Below are positions 8,757 through 17,974 of a stretch of 64,000 bases of DNA, piece by piece. This DNA is from an uncultured delta proteobacterium (GTDB lineage: Bacteria; Desulfobacterota; Binatia; Binatales; Binataceae). How positions within the stretch are numbered: position 1 is the stretch's first letter; every line of letters begins with the position of its first letter. Made by a program: the position numbers and the translations under genes. The notes under the pieces are model-generated. The model had not been told where the DNA came from, searched no databases, and was given only the letters and a program-made list of their open reading frames with translations. The stretch spans positions 163,049 to 227,048 of the forward strand of contig CAWIHG010000001.1 in NCBI GenBank assembly GCA_963835905.1. The letters are read 5' to 3'.

Positions 8757-9872
8757 GTGAGCGACGCGTTCCAGCTTCCCAAGCCGCGCCTGGACGAGCT
8801 GATCGCGATGCTCTGGCGCGACGGCTATCGCGTGATGGGACCGGTCGAGCGCGACGGCGCGGTCGCCTTCGACGAAGTCCGCGCGATGGCCGATCTGCCC
8901 ATCGGCAGGCGCGAGGAACAGGCGCCCGGCCGCTACCGGATCGGTCCCGGCCCCGTGGGCGAAGTGTTCGGCGTCGTGAACGGACCCGGCTCGCTCAAGC
9001 CCTCCTTCTTCGCGCCCGACGAGACGCTGCTGGAAATTCGCCGCGAGCGCCGTGGCTTCAGCGTCAGCGAAGCCGCGCCCGCGGCGCCGCGGCTCGCATT
9101 TATCGGGGTGCGCGCGTGCGATCTGGCCGCGGTGGCGATCCAGGACCGCGTCTTCATGCAGGATGCGTATCGCGATTCGCATTACGCCGCGCGGCGCAAG
9201 GACGCGCTGATGATCGCGGTCAATTGCACGCGCTCGGCCGCGACCTGCTTCTGCGCCTCCATGCATACCGGGCCCGAGGCGAAGGCGGGATACGATCTTG
9301 CGATGACCGAGAATGACGACGGCTTCGTGGTGCGCTCGGGCTCCCAGCGCGGAGCCGCAATCGTTGCGGCGCTGGGACTTGAGCCCGCGCCGGCGCCGGC
9401 CGTGGAGGCGGCGGCGGACGCGGTCGCGCAATGCGCTCAAAACCAGGCACGCACGATGGACACCGGTGACCTGCCGCGGCTGCTCTACGAGGAAGTCGAG
9501 AGTCCGCGCTGGAACGATGTGGCGGCGCGATGCCTGTCGTGCACCAACTGCACGATGGTGTGTCCGACCTGCTTCTGCCACACGGTGCTCGACGAAGAAG
9601 AGATCGCCGGGAACATGAGCCGGCGCGTGCGCAAGTGGGACTCGTGCTTTTCGCTCGAGCACGCGCATATCCACGGAATCAACTTCCGTCCGCATATCAG
9701 GAACCGCTACCGCCAGTGGCTTACCCACAAGCTCGCGTCGTGGATCGATCAGTTCGGGAGCTCGGGATGCACCGGATGCGGCCGCTGCATCGCGTGGTGC
9801 CCGGTCGGGATCGATCTGACCGAAGAGGTCGCCGCTATCCGCGCCTTGCGCGGTGCGCGAGAAAGCCGATGA
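8757..9872 (+). CDS. hyhB: [NiFe]-hydrogenase group 3b beta subunit (AsrA-like 4Fe-4S protein)
   Basis: Ferredoxin-type motifs CLSCTNCTMVCPTCFC and CTGCGRCIAWCP. Start re-picked at GTG 8757 with AAGGAG 8 nt upstream. Confidence 0.75.
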   Translation: MSDAFQLPKPRLDELIAMLWRDGYRVMGPVERDGAVAFDEVRAMADLPIGRREEQAPGRYRIGPGPVGEVFGVVNGPGSLKPSFFAPDETLLEIRRERRGFSVSEAAPAAPRLAFIGVRACDLAAVAIQDRVFMQDAYRDSHYAARRKDALMIAVNCTRSAATCFCASMHTGPEAKAGYDLAMTENDDGFVVRSGSQRGAAIVAALGLEPAPAPAVEAAADAVAQCAQNQARTMDTGDLPRLLYEEVESPRWNDVAARCLSCTNCTMVCPTCFCHTVLDEEEIAGNMSRRVRKWDSCFSLEHAHIHGINFRPHIRNRYRQWLTHKLASWIDQFGSSGCTGCGRCIAWCPVGIDLTEEVAAIRALRGARESR

Positions 9873-10702
9873 CCACGCCCTACATGATTTATCCGGCGCG
9901 GATCATCGAGCGGCGCGTCGAGACGCAGGGGATCTATTCGTTCTCGATGCAGTTCGTAAATCCAGAGCTGCGGCGCGAATACCGCTTCAATGCGGGCCAG
10001 TTCAACATGCTCTACACGTTCGGCGTCGGGGAAGTGGCGATTTCAATCGTCTCGGATCCCGCGCAACCCGAAGTGCTGGAGCACACCGTGCGCAGGGCCG
10101 GCCGCGTCACCTCGGTGATGGCGGCGCGGTGGCAGCCCGGTGAAGTCGTCGGCGTGCGCGGCCCGTACGGCAACGGATGGCCGATGGAAGCGGCGCGCGG
10201 CCGCGACGTTGTGATCGTAACCGGAGGGCTCGGATGCGCGCCGGTGGTCGGCGTGATCAATTACATCTTCCGCCGCCGCGACGAGTACGGCGATTTGCAG
10301 ATCCTGCACGGGGTCAAGACCCCTAACGATCTGCTCTACCGCGAGCGCTTCGACCAGTGGCGCCGCGCTCCGCGCACCCGCGTGTATCTTGCCAGCGATC
10401 AGCCCGACAAGACCTGGCGCTACCGAATCGGCGTCGTCACCGATCTTTTCGACGAGCTCGTGGTCAAGCCGTCAACGATCGTCATGATGTGCGGGCCCGA
10501 AGTGATGATGCGGTACGCGGCGCACGCGCTGATCCAGAAGGGCGTCGCCGACGACTCGATATTTCTCTCGATGGAGCGGCGGATGGAATGCGCGGTGGGA
10601 CTGTGCGGCCACTGCCAGCATCGCGAACGCTTCGTGTGCCGCGACGGACCGGTCTTCAGCTACCGCGCGATCAGGCACACGCTGGGGACCAGCGGACTAT
10701 GA
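9869..10702 (+). CDS. hyhG: [NiFe]-hydrogenase group 3b gamma subunit (FAD/NAD(P)-binding, 2Fe-2S; AsrB/PyrK-like)
   Basis: MTTPYMIYPARIIERR start. ATGA overlap with the hyhB stop. C-terminal CAVGLCGHCQ cluster motif. Confidence 0.8.
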   Translation: MTTPYMIYPARIIERRVETQGIYSFSMQFVNPELRREYRFNAGQFNMLYTFGVGEVAISIVSDPAQPEVLEHTVRRAGRVTSVMAARWQPGEVVGVRGPYGNGWPMEAARGRDVVIVTGGLGCAPVVGVINYIFRRRDEYGDLQILHGVKTPNDLLYRERFDQWRRAPRTRVYLASDQPDKTWRYRIGVVTDLFDELVVKPSTIVMMCGPEVMMRYAAHALIQKGVADDSIFLSMERRMECAVGLCGHCQHRERFVCRDGPVFSYRAIRHTLGTSGL

Positions 10703-11487
10703 GCAAGCCACGCATCGCGGTGTTCAAGTTCGCCTCGTGCGACGGATGCCAGCTTCAGTTCCTCAACGCCGAGAACGAGCTGCTGGCGCTCGGCCAACTC
10801 GCCGAGATTGCGTATTTTCCCGAAGCGCGCGGGCGGATGCGCCCCGGCCCCTACGACATCACCTTCGTCGAGGGCAGCATCAGCACGCCCGAGGATGCGC
10901 GCCGCATAATCCAGGTGCGCGAGCAGAGCCGGTTTCTGATCACGATCGGCGCCTGCGCGACCGCGGGCGGAATCCAGGCGCTGCGCAACTGGGACGACGT
11001 CGAGCAGTACCGGCGCATCGTCTATCCCAGCGCCGAATTCATCTCCACGCTCTCCACCTCGACGCCGATCTCGGAGCACGTCCGCGTCGATTACGAGATC
11101 TGGGGATGCCCGATCGACCAGCGCGAGCTTTTGAGCGTGGTGCGCTCGATGCTCTCGGGCGCGCATCCGGTGCTGCCCGGCCACAGCGTGTGCATGGAGT
11201 GCAAGCGGCGCGGCAATGTGTGCGTGGTGGTGGCGCGCGGCGAGCCCTGCATGGGACCGGTGACGCGCACGGGATGCGGCGCGCTGTGTCCGCAATTCAA
11301 CCGGGGATGCTACGGATGCTTCGGGCCGGCCGACGATCAGAACATGGAGTCGTTTACGCGGCTGCTCGCCTCGCAGGGCCTTTCGCCCGCGCAATCAGTT
11401 CGGCGGCTGCGCGGAATCAACGGTTACGTGCGCCCGTGGCGGGACGCCGGCGATGGCATCGAAGGAAAAAAAGACCAGGACAATTAA
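10699..11487 (+). CDS. hyhS: [NiFe]-hydrogenase group 3b small (delta) subunit
   Basis: MSKPRIAVFKFASCDGCQ N-terminus typical of NuoB-like small subunits. ATGA overlap with the hyhG stop. Confidence 0.8.
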   Translation: MSKPRIAVFKFASCDGCQLQFLNAENELLALGQLAEIAYFPEARGRMRPGPYDITFVEGSISTPEDARRIIQVREQSRFLITIGACATAGGIQALRNWDDVEQYRRIVYPSAEFISTLSTSTPISEHVRVDYEIWGCPIDQRELLSVVRSMLSGAHPVLPGHSVCMECKRRGNVCVVVARGEPCMGPVTRTGCGALCPQFNRGCYGCFGPADDQNMESFTRLLASQGLSPAQSVRRLRGINGYVRPWRDAGDGIEGKKDQDN

Positions 11488-12757
11488 GGTCAACCTGCTT
11501 GCCCGCGTCGAGGGCGAAGCGGCGTTGCACCTGACCATGCGCGGCGGGCGCGTCTCCGAGGTCAGGCTCGAGATCTTCGAGCCGCCGCGATTCTTCGAGG
11601 CCTTCCTGCGCGGGCGCGAATCGCGCGAGGTGCCCGACCTCGTCGCCCGCATCTGCGGCATCTGCCCGGTCGCCTACCAGATGAGCGCGGTGCATGCGCT
11701 CGAAGCGCTGTTCGGCGTAACGATCGAGCCCGCGGTGCGCGCGCTGCGCAGGCTTTACTATTGCGGCGAATGGATCGAGAGCCACGCGCTTCACATCCAC
11801 ATGCTCGCCGCGCCGGATTTCCTCGGATGCGAGAGCATGTTCACGATGGCGGAGCGGCATCGCGAGGCCGTCGAGCGCGGCTTGCGCATCAGGAAGGCCG
11901 GCAACGCGATTATCAGCGCGCTCGGCGGACGCTCCGTGCATCCGGTCGGCGCCTGCATCGGCGGCTTTACCCGAACTCCGTCGCGCCGCGAGCTTGCGCC
12001 GCTGCGCGAAAGTCTCTTGCGCGCGCGCGACGAAGCGGCGGGGTGTCTCAAGTGGGTGGCGGGCTTCGATTTGCCCGATCGATCGGGCGATATCGAATTC
12101 GTCTCGCTGCGGCATCCCGCGGAGTACCCGATGAACGAGGGACGCATCGCGTCGAGCAAGGGCCTCGACGCGCCCGCCGAATCGTTCGACGACTTGTTCG
12201 AGGAGCACCAGGTCCCCCACTCCAACGCGCTGCATGCCAAGGTGCGCGGTCGCGGAGCTTACTTCCTGGGTCCGCTGGCGCGTGTCAACCTGAATTTCGA
12301 TCGGCTCGGCGCCGAGGTGACTTCCGCCGCGCGCGCAACCGGGCTTTCGTGGCCGAACTCCAACCCGTACACGAGCATCGTCGCCCGCGCGATCGAAGTG
12401 CTCTACGCCGCGCACGAGGCGGTCCGCATCATCGACGCATACCAGCCCCCGGCCGCGCCCCGCGCGGAATTCTCGCCACGCGCCGGCGTGGGCCGCGCGA
12501 TCACCGAAGCGCCGCGCGGGTCGCTGTTCCACGCCTTTGAGACCGACGACGCCGGACTGGTCCGCTCGGCGCGGATCGTACCCCCAACCTCGCAGAACCA
12601 GGCCCGTATCGAGGCCGACCTGCGGGAACTCGGCCCCGAGCTCCTGGACTGCTCGCACGCGGAGGCGACGCGCCTATGCGAGACCGCTATCCGCAACTAC
12701 GACCCGTGCATCTCGTGCTCAACTCACTTCCTGAAGCTGCGGATCGACCGCGAGTGA
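11453..12757 (+). CDS. hyhL: [NiFe]-hydrogenase group 3b large (alpha) subunit
   Basis: N-terminal RICGICPVAY and C-terminal DPCISCSTHF Ni-Fe ligand motifs, with a short tail FLKLRIDRE after the His. 35-nt overlap with hyhS. Confidence 0.9.
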   Translation: MASKEKKTRTIKVNLLARVEGEAALHLTMRGGRVSEVRLEIFEPPRFFEAFLRGRESREVPDLVARICGICPVAYQMSAVHALEALFGVTIEPAVRALRRLYYCGEWIESHALHIHMLAAPDFLGCESMFTMAERHREAVERGLRIRKAGNAIISALGGRSVHPVGACIGGFTRTPSRRELAPLRESLLRARDEAAGCLKWVAGFDLPDRSGDIEFVSLRHPAEYPMNEGRIASSKGLDAPAESFDDLFEEHQVPHSNALHAKVRGRGAYFLGPLARVNLNFDRLGAEVTSAARATGLSWPNSNPYTSIVARAIEVLYAAHEAVRIIDAYQPPAAPRAEFSPRAGVGRAITEAPRGSLFHAFETDDAGLVRSARIVPPTSQNQARIEADLRELGPELLDCSHAEATRLCETAIRNYDPCISCSTHFLKLRIDRE

Positions 12758-12782
12758 ATCTGCCGGCAACGGCGGAGCGCGC

Positions 12783-13259
12783 ATGATTCGCATCATCGGG
12801 ATCGGCAGCCCGCTGGGCGACGACGCGGCCGGCCTGGTGGCGGCGCGCAGGCTCGCCGCGGCGCCACCAGCCGGATGCCAGGTGATCGCGGCAGATCGCC
12901 CCGGCGCGGGACTCATCGATCTGCTCGAAGGCGCCGCCGCGGTGATCATAATCGACGCGGTGCGCTCGGACGCCGCGCCTGGCGCAATTCACGATCTCGA
13001 TTTGCGCGAGGTCGGCGGCCTGGGCGAGCGGCTGGTGTCCTCGCACGATATCGGCGTGGCCGCCGCGATAGCGCTCGCGGCAAGACTGGGGCGGGCGCCC
13101 GCGCGCGGGCGACTGATCGGAATCGAAGCGTCGTCGGATAACCGCAGCCCGGAGGACATCTCGCCGGCCGTGCGGGACGCGATCGAACGCGCGATCGCGC
13201 TTGCGCAAAAATGGGCCGCGCGGCTCGGCAAGCGCGCCGGCAACGATCGCCGCGCCTGA
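12783..13259 (+). CDS. hydrogenase maturation endopeptidase (HycI/HoxW type)
   Basis: MIRIIGIGSPLGDDAAG N-terminus, about 158 aa, directly after the large subunit. Confidence 0.75.
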   Translation: MIRIIGIGSPLGDDAAGLVAARRLAAAPPAGCQVIAADRPGAGLIDLLEGAAAVIIIDAVRSDAAPGAIHDLDLREVGGLGERLVSSHDIGVAAAIALAARLGRAPARGRLIGIEASSDNRSPEDISPAVRDAIERAIALAQKWAARLGKRAGNDRRA

Positions 13260-13392
13260 CTGATCGCGCGATCCGCAACGCCGCGGTCGGCGCCAGCGGC
13301 TTTACTGGAACTCCCCCGCGCCTGTATACCTTTTCAAGACCGCCTGTCTCGGAGCCTGCGAGATCCGCGCGGCGGCATTCGCGAATGACCAA

Positions 13393-14139
13393 ATGATGAG
13401 ACGAATCATTGCCGCTGCCGCTATCGCGCTTGCATGCGCCCCCGCATCGCGCGCATTCGCCTACCAATCCGTCGCGGTAAAGGACGGCGGCACGATCGCC
13501 GGCACCGTTACGTACGCGGGCGTTGCGCCCAAGCCGGAACGGCTCAAGATCACGCGGGACAACAAGGTATGCGGAGCGACGCCGCATCTGAGCCAGCACC
13601 TGGTAGTCGCCGCTGACGGCGGCATCCGCAACGCGATCGTCAGTATTCCCGGTATCGAGAAAGGCGCGCCGCTCACGCCCGAAAAGGACATGAAATTCGA
13701 TCAGCGCGGATGCGTCTACACTCCGCACGTGCTGGCATTTCCGGCCGGAAGCACCGTCAAGGTGATGAACTCCGACGGCATCATGCACGACCTGCGCACT
13801 TACTCGAACGTCAATCCGCCGCTCAACCTGGTGCAGCCTGGCAACGTGAAATCGATCGAGGTCAAGATCGACAAGCCCGAGACGATCAAGGTTGGATGCT
13901 ACATGCATCCGTGGATGAGTGCGTGGTGGTACGTGGCCGGAAACCCTTACTACGCGGAGACCGACGCGCGCGGCAAATTCGTGATTCGCGACGTGCCGCC
14001 GGGCACCTACCGGCTGCGCGCGTGGCAGGAAAAGCTCGGCGAGCAGACCCGGACCGTGACGGTCGCGGCGGGAAAGACGGCGACCGTGGATTTCAAGTTC
14101 AAGCCGGACGCGAGTCCAGCCGCTGGTGAAAAGCCGTGA
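13393..14139 (+). CDS. periplasmic cupredoxin (type-1 copper) fused to a carboxypeptidase-regulatory-like beta-sandwich
   Basis: Sec signal ending AFA. Ligand pattern H(x38)CYMHPWM, i.e. C-x2-H-x2-M as in amicyanin. C-terminal GKFVIRDVPPGTYRLRAW. Confidence 0.7.
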   Translation: MMRRIIAAAAIALACAPASRAFAYQSVAVKDGGTIAGTVTYAGVAPKPERLKITRDNKVCGATPHLSQHLVVAADGGIRNAIVSIPGIEKGAPLTPEKDMKFDQRGCVYTPHVLAFPAGSTVKVMNSDGIMHDLRTYSNVNPPLNLVQPGNVKSIEVKIDKPETIKVGCYMHPWMSAWWYVAGNPYYAETDARGKFVIRDVPPGTYRLRAWQEKLGEQTRTVTVAAGKTATVDFKFKPDASPAAGEKP

Positions 14140-14552
14140 GGAAACCCGCCGCGCTAGCCGCCCTGTTGATGCTCGGCGCGCTGCTCGCCGCGCAAGGCGC
14201 CGCGCTCGCATTCGACGCCGTGCGCGCGCGCCAACAATACGACGCGTACTGCGCGGAATGCCACGGACGCGACGGACGCGGCGACGGCCCGACCGCGATC
14301 GCGCAGCAGACCAAGCCGCGCGACTTCACCGATTGCGACCTGATGGCGAAGATCAGCGACCGGAAAATGATCGACGTGATCACCAACGGCGGGTACGCAA
14401 ACGCGATGAGCCCGGACATGCCCGCGTGGAAGTACGCCTTCAGCGAACAGGAGATCCTGGGGCTCGCCGATCGAATTCGCCGCTTCTGCAAGCGCTACGC
14501 GCAACTGCCCCGGCCCGGACGCCCCGCGCTGGCCGCCTACCGCGCGCACTGA
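14136..14552 (+). CDS. mono-haem c-type cytochrome (class I), secreted
   Basis: Signal peptide, single CAECH haem motif, distal Met region MSPDMPAW. The GTG start overlaps the previous stop (GTGA). Confidence 0.75.
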   Translation: MRKPAALAALLMLGALLAAQGAALAFDAVRARQQYDAYCAECHGRDGRGDGPTAIAQQTKPRDFTDCDLMAKISDRKMIDVITNGGYANAMSPDMPAWKYAFSEQEILGLADRIRRFCKRYAQLPRPGRPALAAYRAH

Positions 14553-14579
14553 ACCGCCCGTCGCAACCGCGCAGGGAAG

Positions 14580-14849
14580 AATCTCGACCCCACGCCGCGC
14601 ATCGAGTCGGTCGCGGCGGAGGAACGCTGCACCGCGGCGCAGCTCGCGCTCGCATGGGTGCTCGCGCAGGGCGGGGACATCGTGCCGATTCCCGGCACCA
14701 GGCGCCGCAAGTACCTGGAAGAAAATGCTGGTGCGATGGATGTGCAATTGAGCGACGCCGACCTGCGCCGCATCGACGAGGTCGCGCCGCGCGGCGCCGC
14801 CGCAGGGCTGCGCTACCCCGAGGCTCTGATGGGCTCGATCAACCGCTAG
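14580..14849 (+). pseudogene. 3' remnant of an aldo-keto reductase gene (C-terminal ~90 codons only)
   Basis: Translation [57 protein letters not shown]... matches the conserved AKR C-terminus. No N-terminal (alpha/beta)8 part and no RBS or start. Begins 28 nt after the cytochrome c stop. Confidence 0.7.
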
Positions 14850-14870
14850 CGCCGTCCCGCGGCGGCTTCG

Positions 14871-16118
14871 TCACAAAGCGGGTTTTTCGCGAAGCTCGCC
14901 GTGCGGTTTCCCCAAGGCCAGGTAGCACAGCACCTGCGTCATCGAGACCAGCCCCACAATCTGCCAGGTGACGCTGGTCCCGATGGCGTCGACCATCCTG
15001 CCCTGAACCGGCTGACCGACCGCGCCGCCGAATGTCATCAGCGTGGTCTGGAACGACAGGAGTGTTGCGCGGTTTCCGCCCTCGATAAGCTCGTTGTACC
15101 AGCTGACGATCATCGGCCCGATCGCCCCGCTGACCAGATGGGCCACGAGAATTGCCGCGAGCGCGAACCAGATTCGGCCAGCGGCGAGACCCGCCGCAAT
15201 CAGCGCGGCACTCGCGATTGCTGACATCGTGGCGATGAACCCCGCGCGCCGCACCCAGGCCCACGCGGCTCTTGCGGCGAGTTCGGCGCCCGCCATCTGC
15301 ACGAGACTGATCGCGGCGAAAATCCAACCTACGGTGCTGATGCCTGCTCCGAATCCCTGATTAAAGTAGTGTTGCCATTCCAACCACCAGGCGGACCAGA
15401 CCGCCGTCGTGATGAGCGCCGCGATCGATAGCAGCCGGACTCCGCGGTGGGAGAATCCGAGCCCGATTGAATCGATCGTCTTGCGACGAACGTCGCGAAC
15501 GATCCGCGCGAGCGAGATCGACGCCTGTCGCGGCGGCGTCCGATCCATCAGGAAGAACGCGCCAACTCCAGCGAGCAGCCAGCCGAAGGTGGCGATCAGA
15601 AAGGGCATCGCGATCTCGCCCTGTGCGACGTAAGCCCCAATTAGTGCTCCGGTCATCCCGGTAACGCGCACGATCTGGTACTGGCGCGAGAAAATCCGAT
15701 CTTTACTGCCTGAAAATCCCGCCGCGTCGAGCGCGTCGACCGCCCACGCGTCGATCGGACCGTTACCGAACGTCGCGCCGAAACCCTCGAGCGTCTCGGC
15801 AAGAATGAATTGCCAGTAGTGATGGGAGACGAAATACAGGTAAAGCCCCGCGACGTGAAAGGCGCATCCCATCACTACCGAGGCGCGCCGGCCGACCGCG
15901 TCGGCGAATGCTCCGGTCGGAACATCGGCAAAGAAGGTCACGACCATGTACCACCCGGCAACCATGTTGATCTGGAACTGATCGAGGCCGCGCGAGCGCA
16001 AAAACAGCGGATAGATCGCGAAGATGAATGATGGTCCGAAGCCGTAGAGTGCCCACACCGCCCAATAGCGGCGAATGATCGAGCGAATCGCGCCGGCATT
16101 CGCTGGCGGATTGATCAT
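14871..16118 (-). CDS. MFS transporter
   Basis: About 12 hydrophobic segments. Start re-picked at MINPPANAG (ATG 16118). The ORF-track extension is Arg-rich junk. Confidence 0.75.
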   Translation of the reverse strand: MINPPANAGAIRSIIRRYWAVWALYGFGPSFIFAIYPLFLRSRGLDQFQINMVAGWYMVVTFFADVPTGAFADAVGRRASVVMGCAFHVAGLYLYFVSHHYWQFILAETLEGFGATFGNGPIDAWAVDALDAAGFSGSKDRIFSRQYQIVRVTGMTGALIGAYVAQGEIAMPFLIATFGWLLAGVGAFFLMDRTPPRQASISLARIVRDVRRKTIDSIGLGFSHRGVRLLSIAALITTAVWSAWWLEWQHYFNQGFGAGISTVGWIFAAISLVQMAGAELAARAAWAWVRRAGFIATMSAIASAALIAAGLAAGRIWFALAAILVAHLVSGAIGPMIVSWYNELIEGGNRATLLSFQTTLMTFGGAVGQPVQGRMVDAIGTSVTWQIVGLVSMTQVLCYLALGKPHGELREKPAL

Positions 16119-16213
16119 GGATGGTCCCCCTGGGCGCTCACACGTTAGCACGACGGCGCGCCGCCGCATCAATCCCGGCGCCTGGCTACCGCGCTGCTTG
16201 GATTTGAAGAACG

Positions 16214-17974
16214 CTAGCCGGCGGGTGGGCGTTCGGCGGCGGAATTGGCGAGAATTGCGACGGAGTCCGGCGCGAGTGCTATGCGATTCGCCTCGAGGCG
16301 GATGTCGGGTTCTGAAGCGAGAAGTATCTCCCACGAATCGTCCCCTGGCAGCGGCAGGGCGCGCGGCGAGGCACCGAGATTAGCGGCCAACAAAATTCCG
16401 TGGCGCCGCACGATTAGCCATTGCGCGCTCTCGTCAAAGCTCACCTCGACGCGATCGAATCTGCCGTCGCGCAGCGGCGCGATCGCCGTGCGCATCTGAA
16501 TTAGCGCGCGGTACCACGCGAGCATCTCGCGATGAGCCGGCGCATCGAGCTCGTCCCATCGGAGCTTCGCGCGCTCGAAGGTCTCGCGCGCCTGCGGATC
16601 GGGCACGTCTTCGGGGCGCCATCCGAACGCCTCGAACTCGCGGCGCCGACCTTCGCTGACTGCGCGCGCAAGCTCGGGCTCCTCGTGGCCCGCGAAATAT
16701 TGAAAGGGTGTGGAAGCGGCCCATTCTTCGCCCTGAAAGATCATCGGCACCATCGGGGCGATCATCAGAATCGCCGCAGCAATCTTCGCCCGGCCCGCGC
16801 CGGCCAGATGCGACAGGCGCTCTCCCGCCGCGCGATTTCCGACCTGGTCGTGATTCTGCACGAACGCAATGAACCTGCTCGCCGGCACACCGGTGGGCGG
16901 GCGGCCATGCGAGCGCCCGCGAAATTCCGAATAGCGCCCGTCGTACACGAAGCCCGACGCTAGTGCCTTAGCGAGGTCCGCCAGGCGGCCGAAGTCGGCG
17001 TAGTAGCCAGTACGCTCGCCGGTGAGCACGGTATGGACCGCGTGATGAAAATCGTCGCACCACATCGCGTCGAGTCCGTAGCCGCCGATTTCCGTGCGGC
17101 GCACCAGGCGCGGATCGTTCAGATCACTTTCGGCAATCAGCACCAGCCTGCGCCCCAGTTCGAGGCTCAGCTCGGCGACCTCGCGCGCCATCTGCTCGAG
17201 CAGATGCACCGCCGAGATATCGACGATCGCGTGGACGGCGTCGATGCGCAGGCCGTCGAGATGGAAGTCGTGCAGCCATGCGAGCGCGTTGTCGCAAAAA
17301 TAGCGGCGGACTTCGTCGCTGCCGCGGCCGTCGAGATTGACAGCGTCGCCCCACGGCGTCTTGTAGCGATCGGTCAGGTACGGGCCGAACTGCGAGAGAT
17401 AATTCCCCGACGGACCGAAGTGGTTGTAAACCACGTCAAGGAGCACGGCGAGTCCGCGCGCGTGACACGCATCGACCAGTCGCTTCAGGCCGTCGGGACC
17501 GCCGTATGCTTGATGCGGTGCAAACAGATCGACGCCGTCGTAACCCCATCCGCGGTCGCCAGCGAACTCGGCCACCGGCATCAGCTCCAGATGCGTGATG
17601 CCGAGCCCGGTGAGATAGTCGAGCCGATCGATGGCGGCGTCGAAGGTGCCAGTCTCGGTGAAGGTGCCGACGTGCGCCTCGTAGATAATCGCCGAGCCGA
17701 GCGGCGGCGCGTTCCAGCGCTCGTCGCTCCATTTGAATGCGGCGTGATCGACGATTCGCGACGCACCATGCACGCCGTGCGGCTGGAAGCGCGAGCGCGG
17801 ATCGGGCAGCGGGTTGCCGCCGTCAACGATAAATGCGTAATCGGTTCCGTGCGACGCGCCTGCCGCTTCGGCGCGCCACCATCCGCCACTCTCCCGCGCC
17901 ATCGCGATTCGTTCGCCGCCGCACTGGACCTCGACCGTTTTCGCGCCGGGCGCCCACACCCGAAACTCGCTCAT
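16214..17974 (-). CDS. treZ: malto-oligosyltrehalose trehalohydrolase
   Basis: [16 protein letters not shown] start. GH13 motifs (GITHLELMP, LLDVVYNHFGPSGNY, DGLRIDAVHA). ATGA overlap with the treY stop at 17971-17974. Confidence 0.85.
   Translation of the reverse strand: MSEFRVWAPGAKTVEVQCGGERIAMARESGGWWRAEAAGASHGTDYAFIVDGGNPLPDPRSRFQPHGVHGASRIVDHAAFKWSDERWNAPPLGSAIIYEAHVGTFTETGTFDAAIDRLDYLTGLGITHLELMPVAEFAGDRGWGYDGVDLFAPHQAYGGPDGLKRLVDACHARGLAVLLDVVYNHFGPSGNYLSQFGPYLTDRYKTPWGDAVNLDGRGSDEVRRYFCDNALAWLHDFHLDGLRIDAVHAIVDISAVHLLEQMAREVAELSLELGRRLVLIAESDLNDPRLVRRTEIGGYGLDAMWCDDFHHAVHTVLTGERTGYYADFGRLADLAKALASGFVYDGRYSEFRGRSHGRPPTGVPASRFIAFVQNHDQVGNRAAGERLSHLAGAGRAKIAAAILMIAPMVPMIFQGEEWAASTPFQYFAGHEEPELARAVSEGRRREFEAFGWRPEDVPDPQARETFERAKLRWDELDAPAHREMLAWYRALIQMRTAIAPLRDGRFDRVEVSFDESAQWLIVRRHGILLAANLGASPRALPLPGDDSWEILLASEPDIRLEANRIALAPDSVAILANSAAERPPAG

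Noticed and set aside
13262-13273. Palindrome GATCGCGCGATC directly after the endopeptidase stop.
   Set aside because: A 12-bp GC palindrome is expected by chance in this composition. The stem is too short and there is no loop for a terminator.
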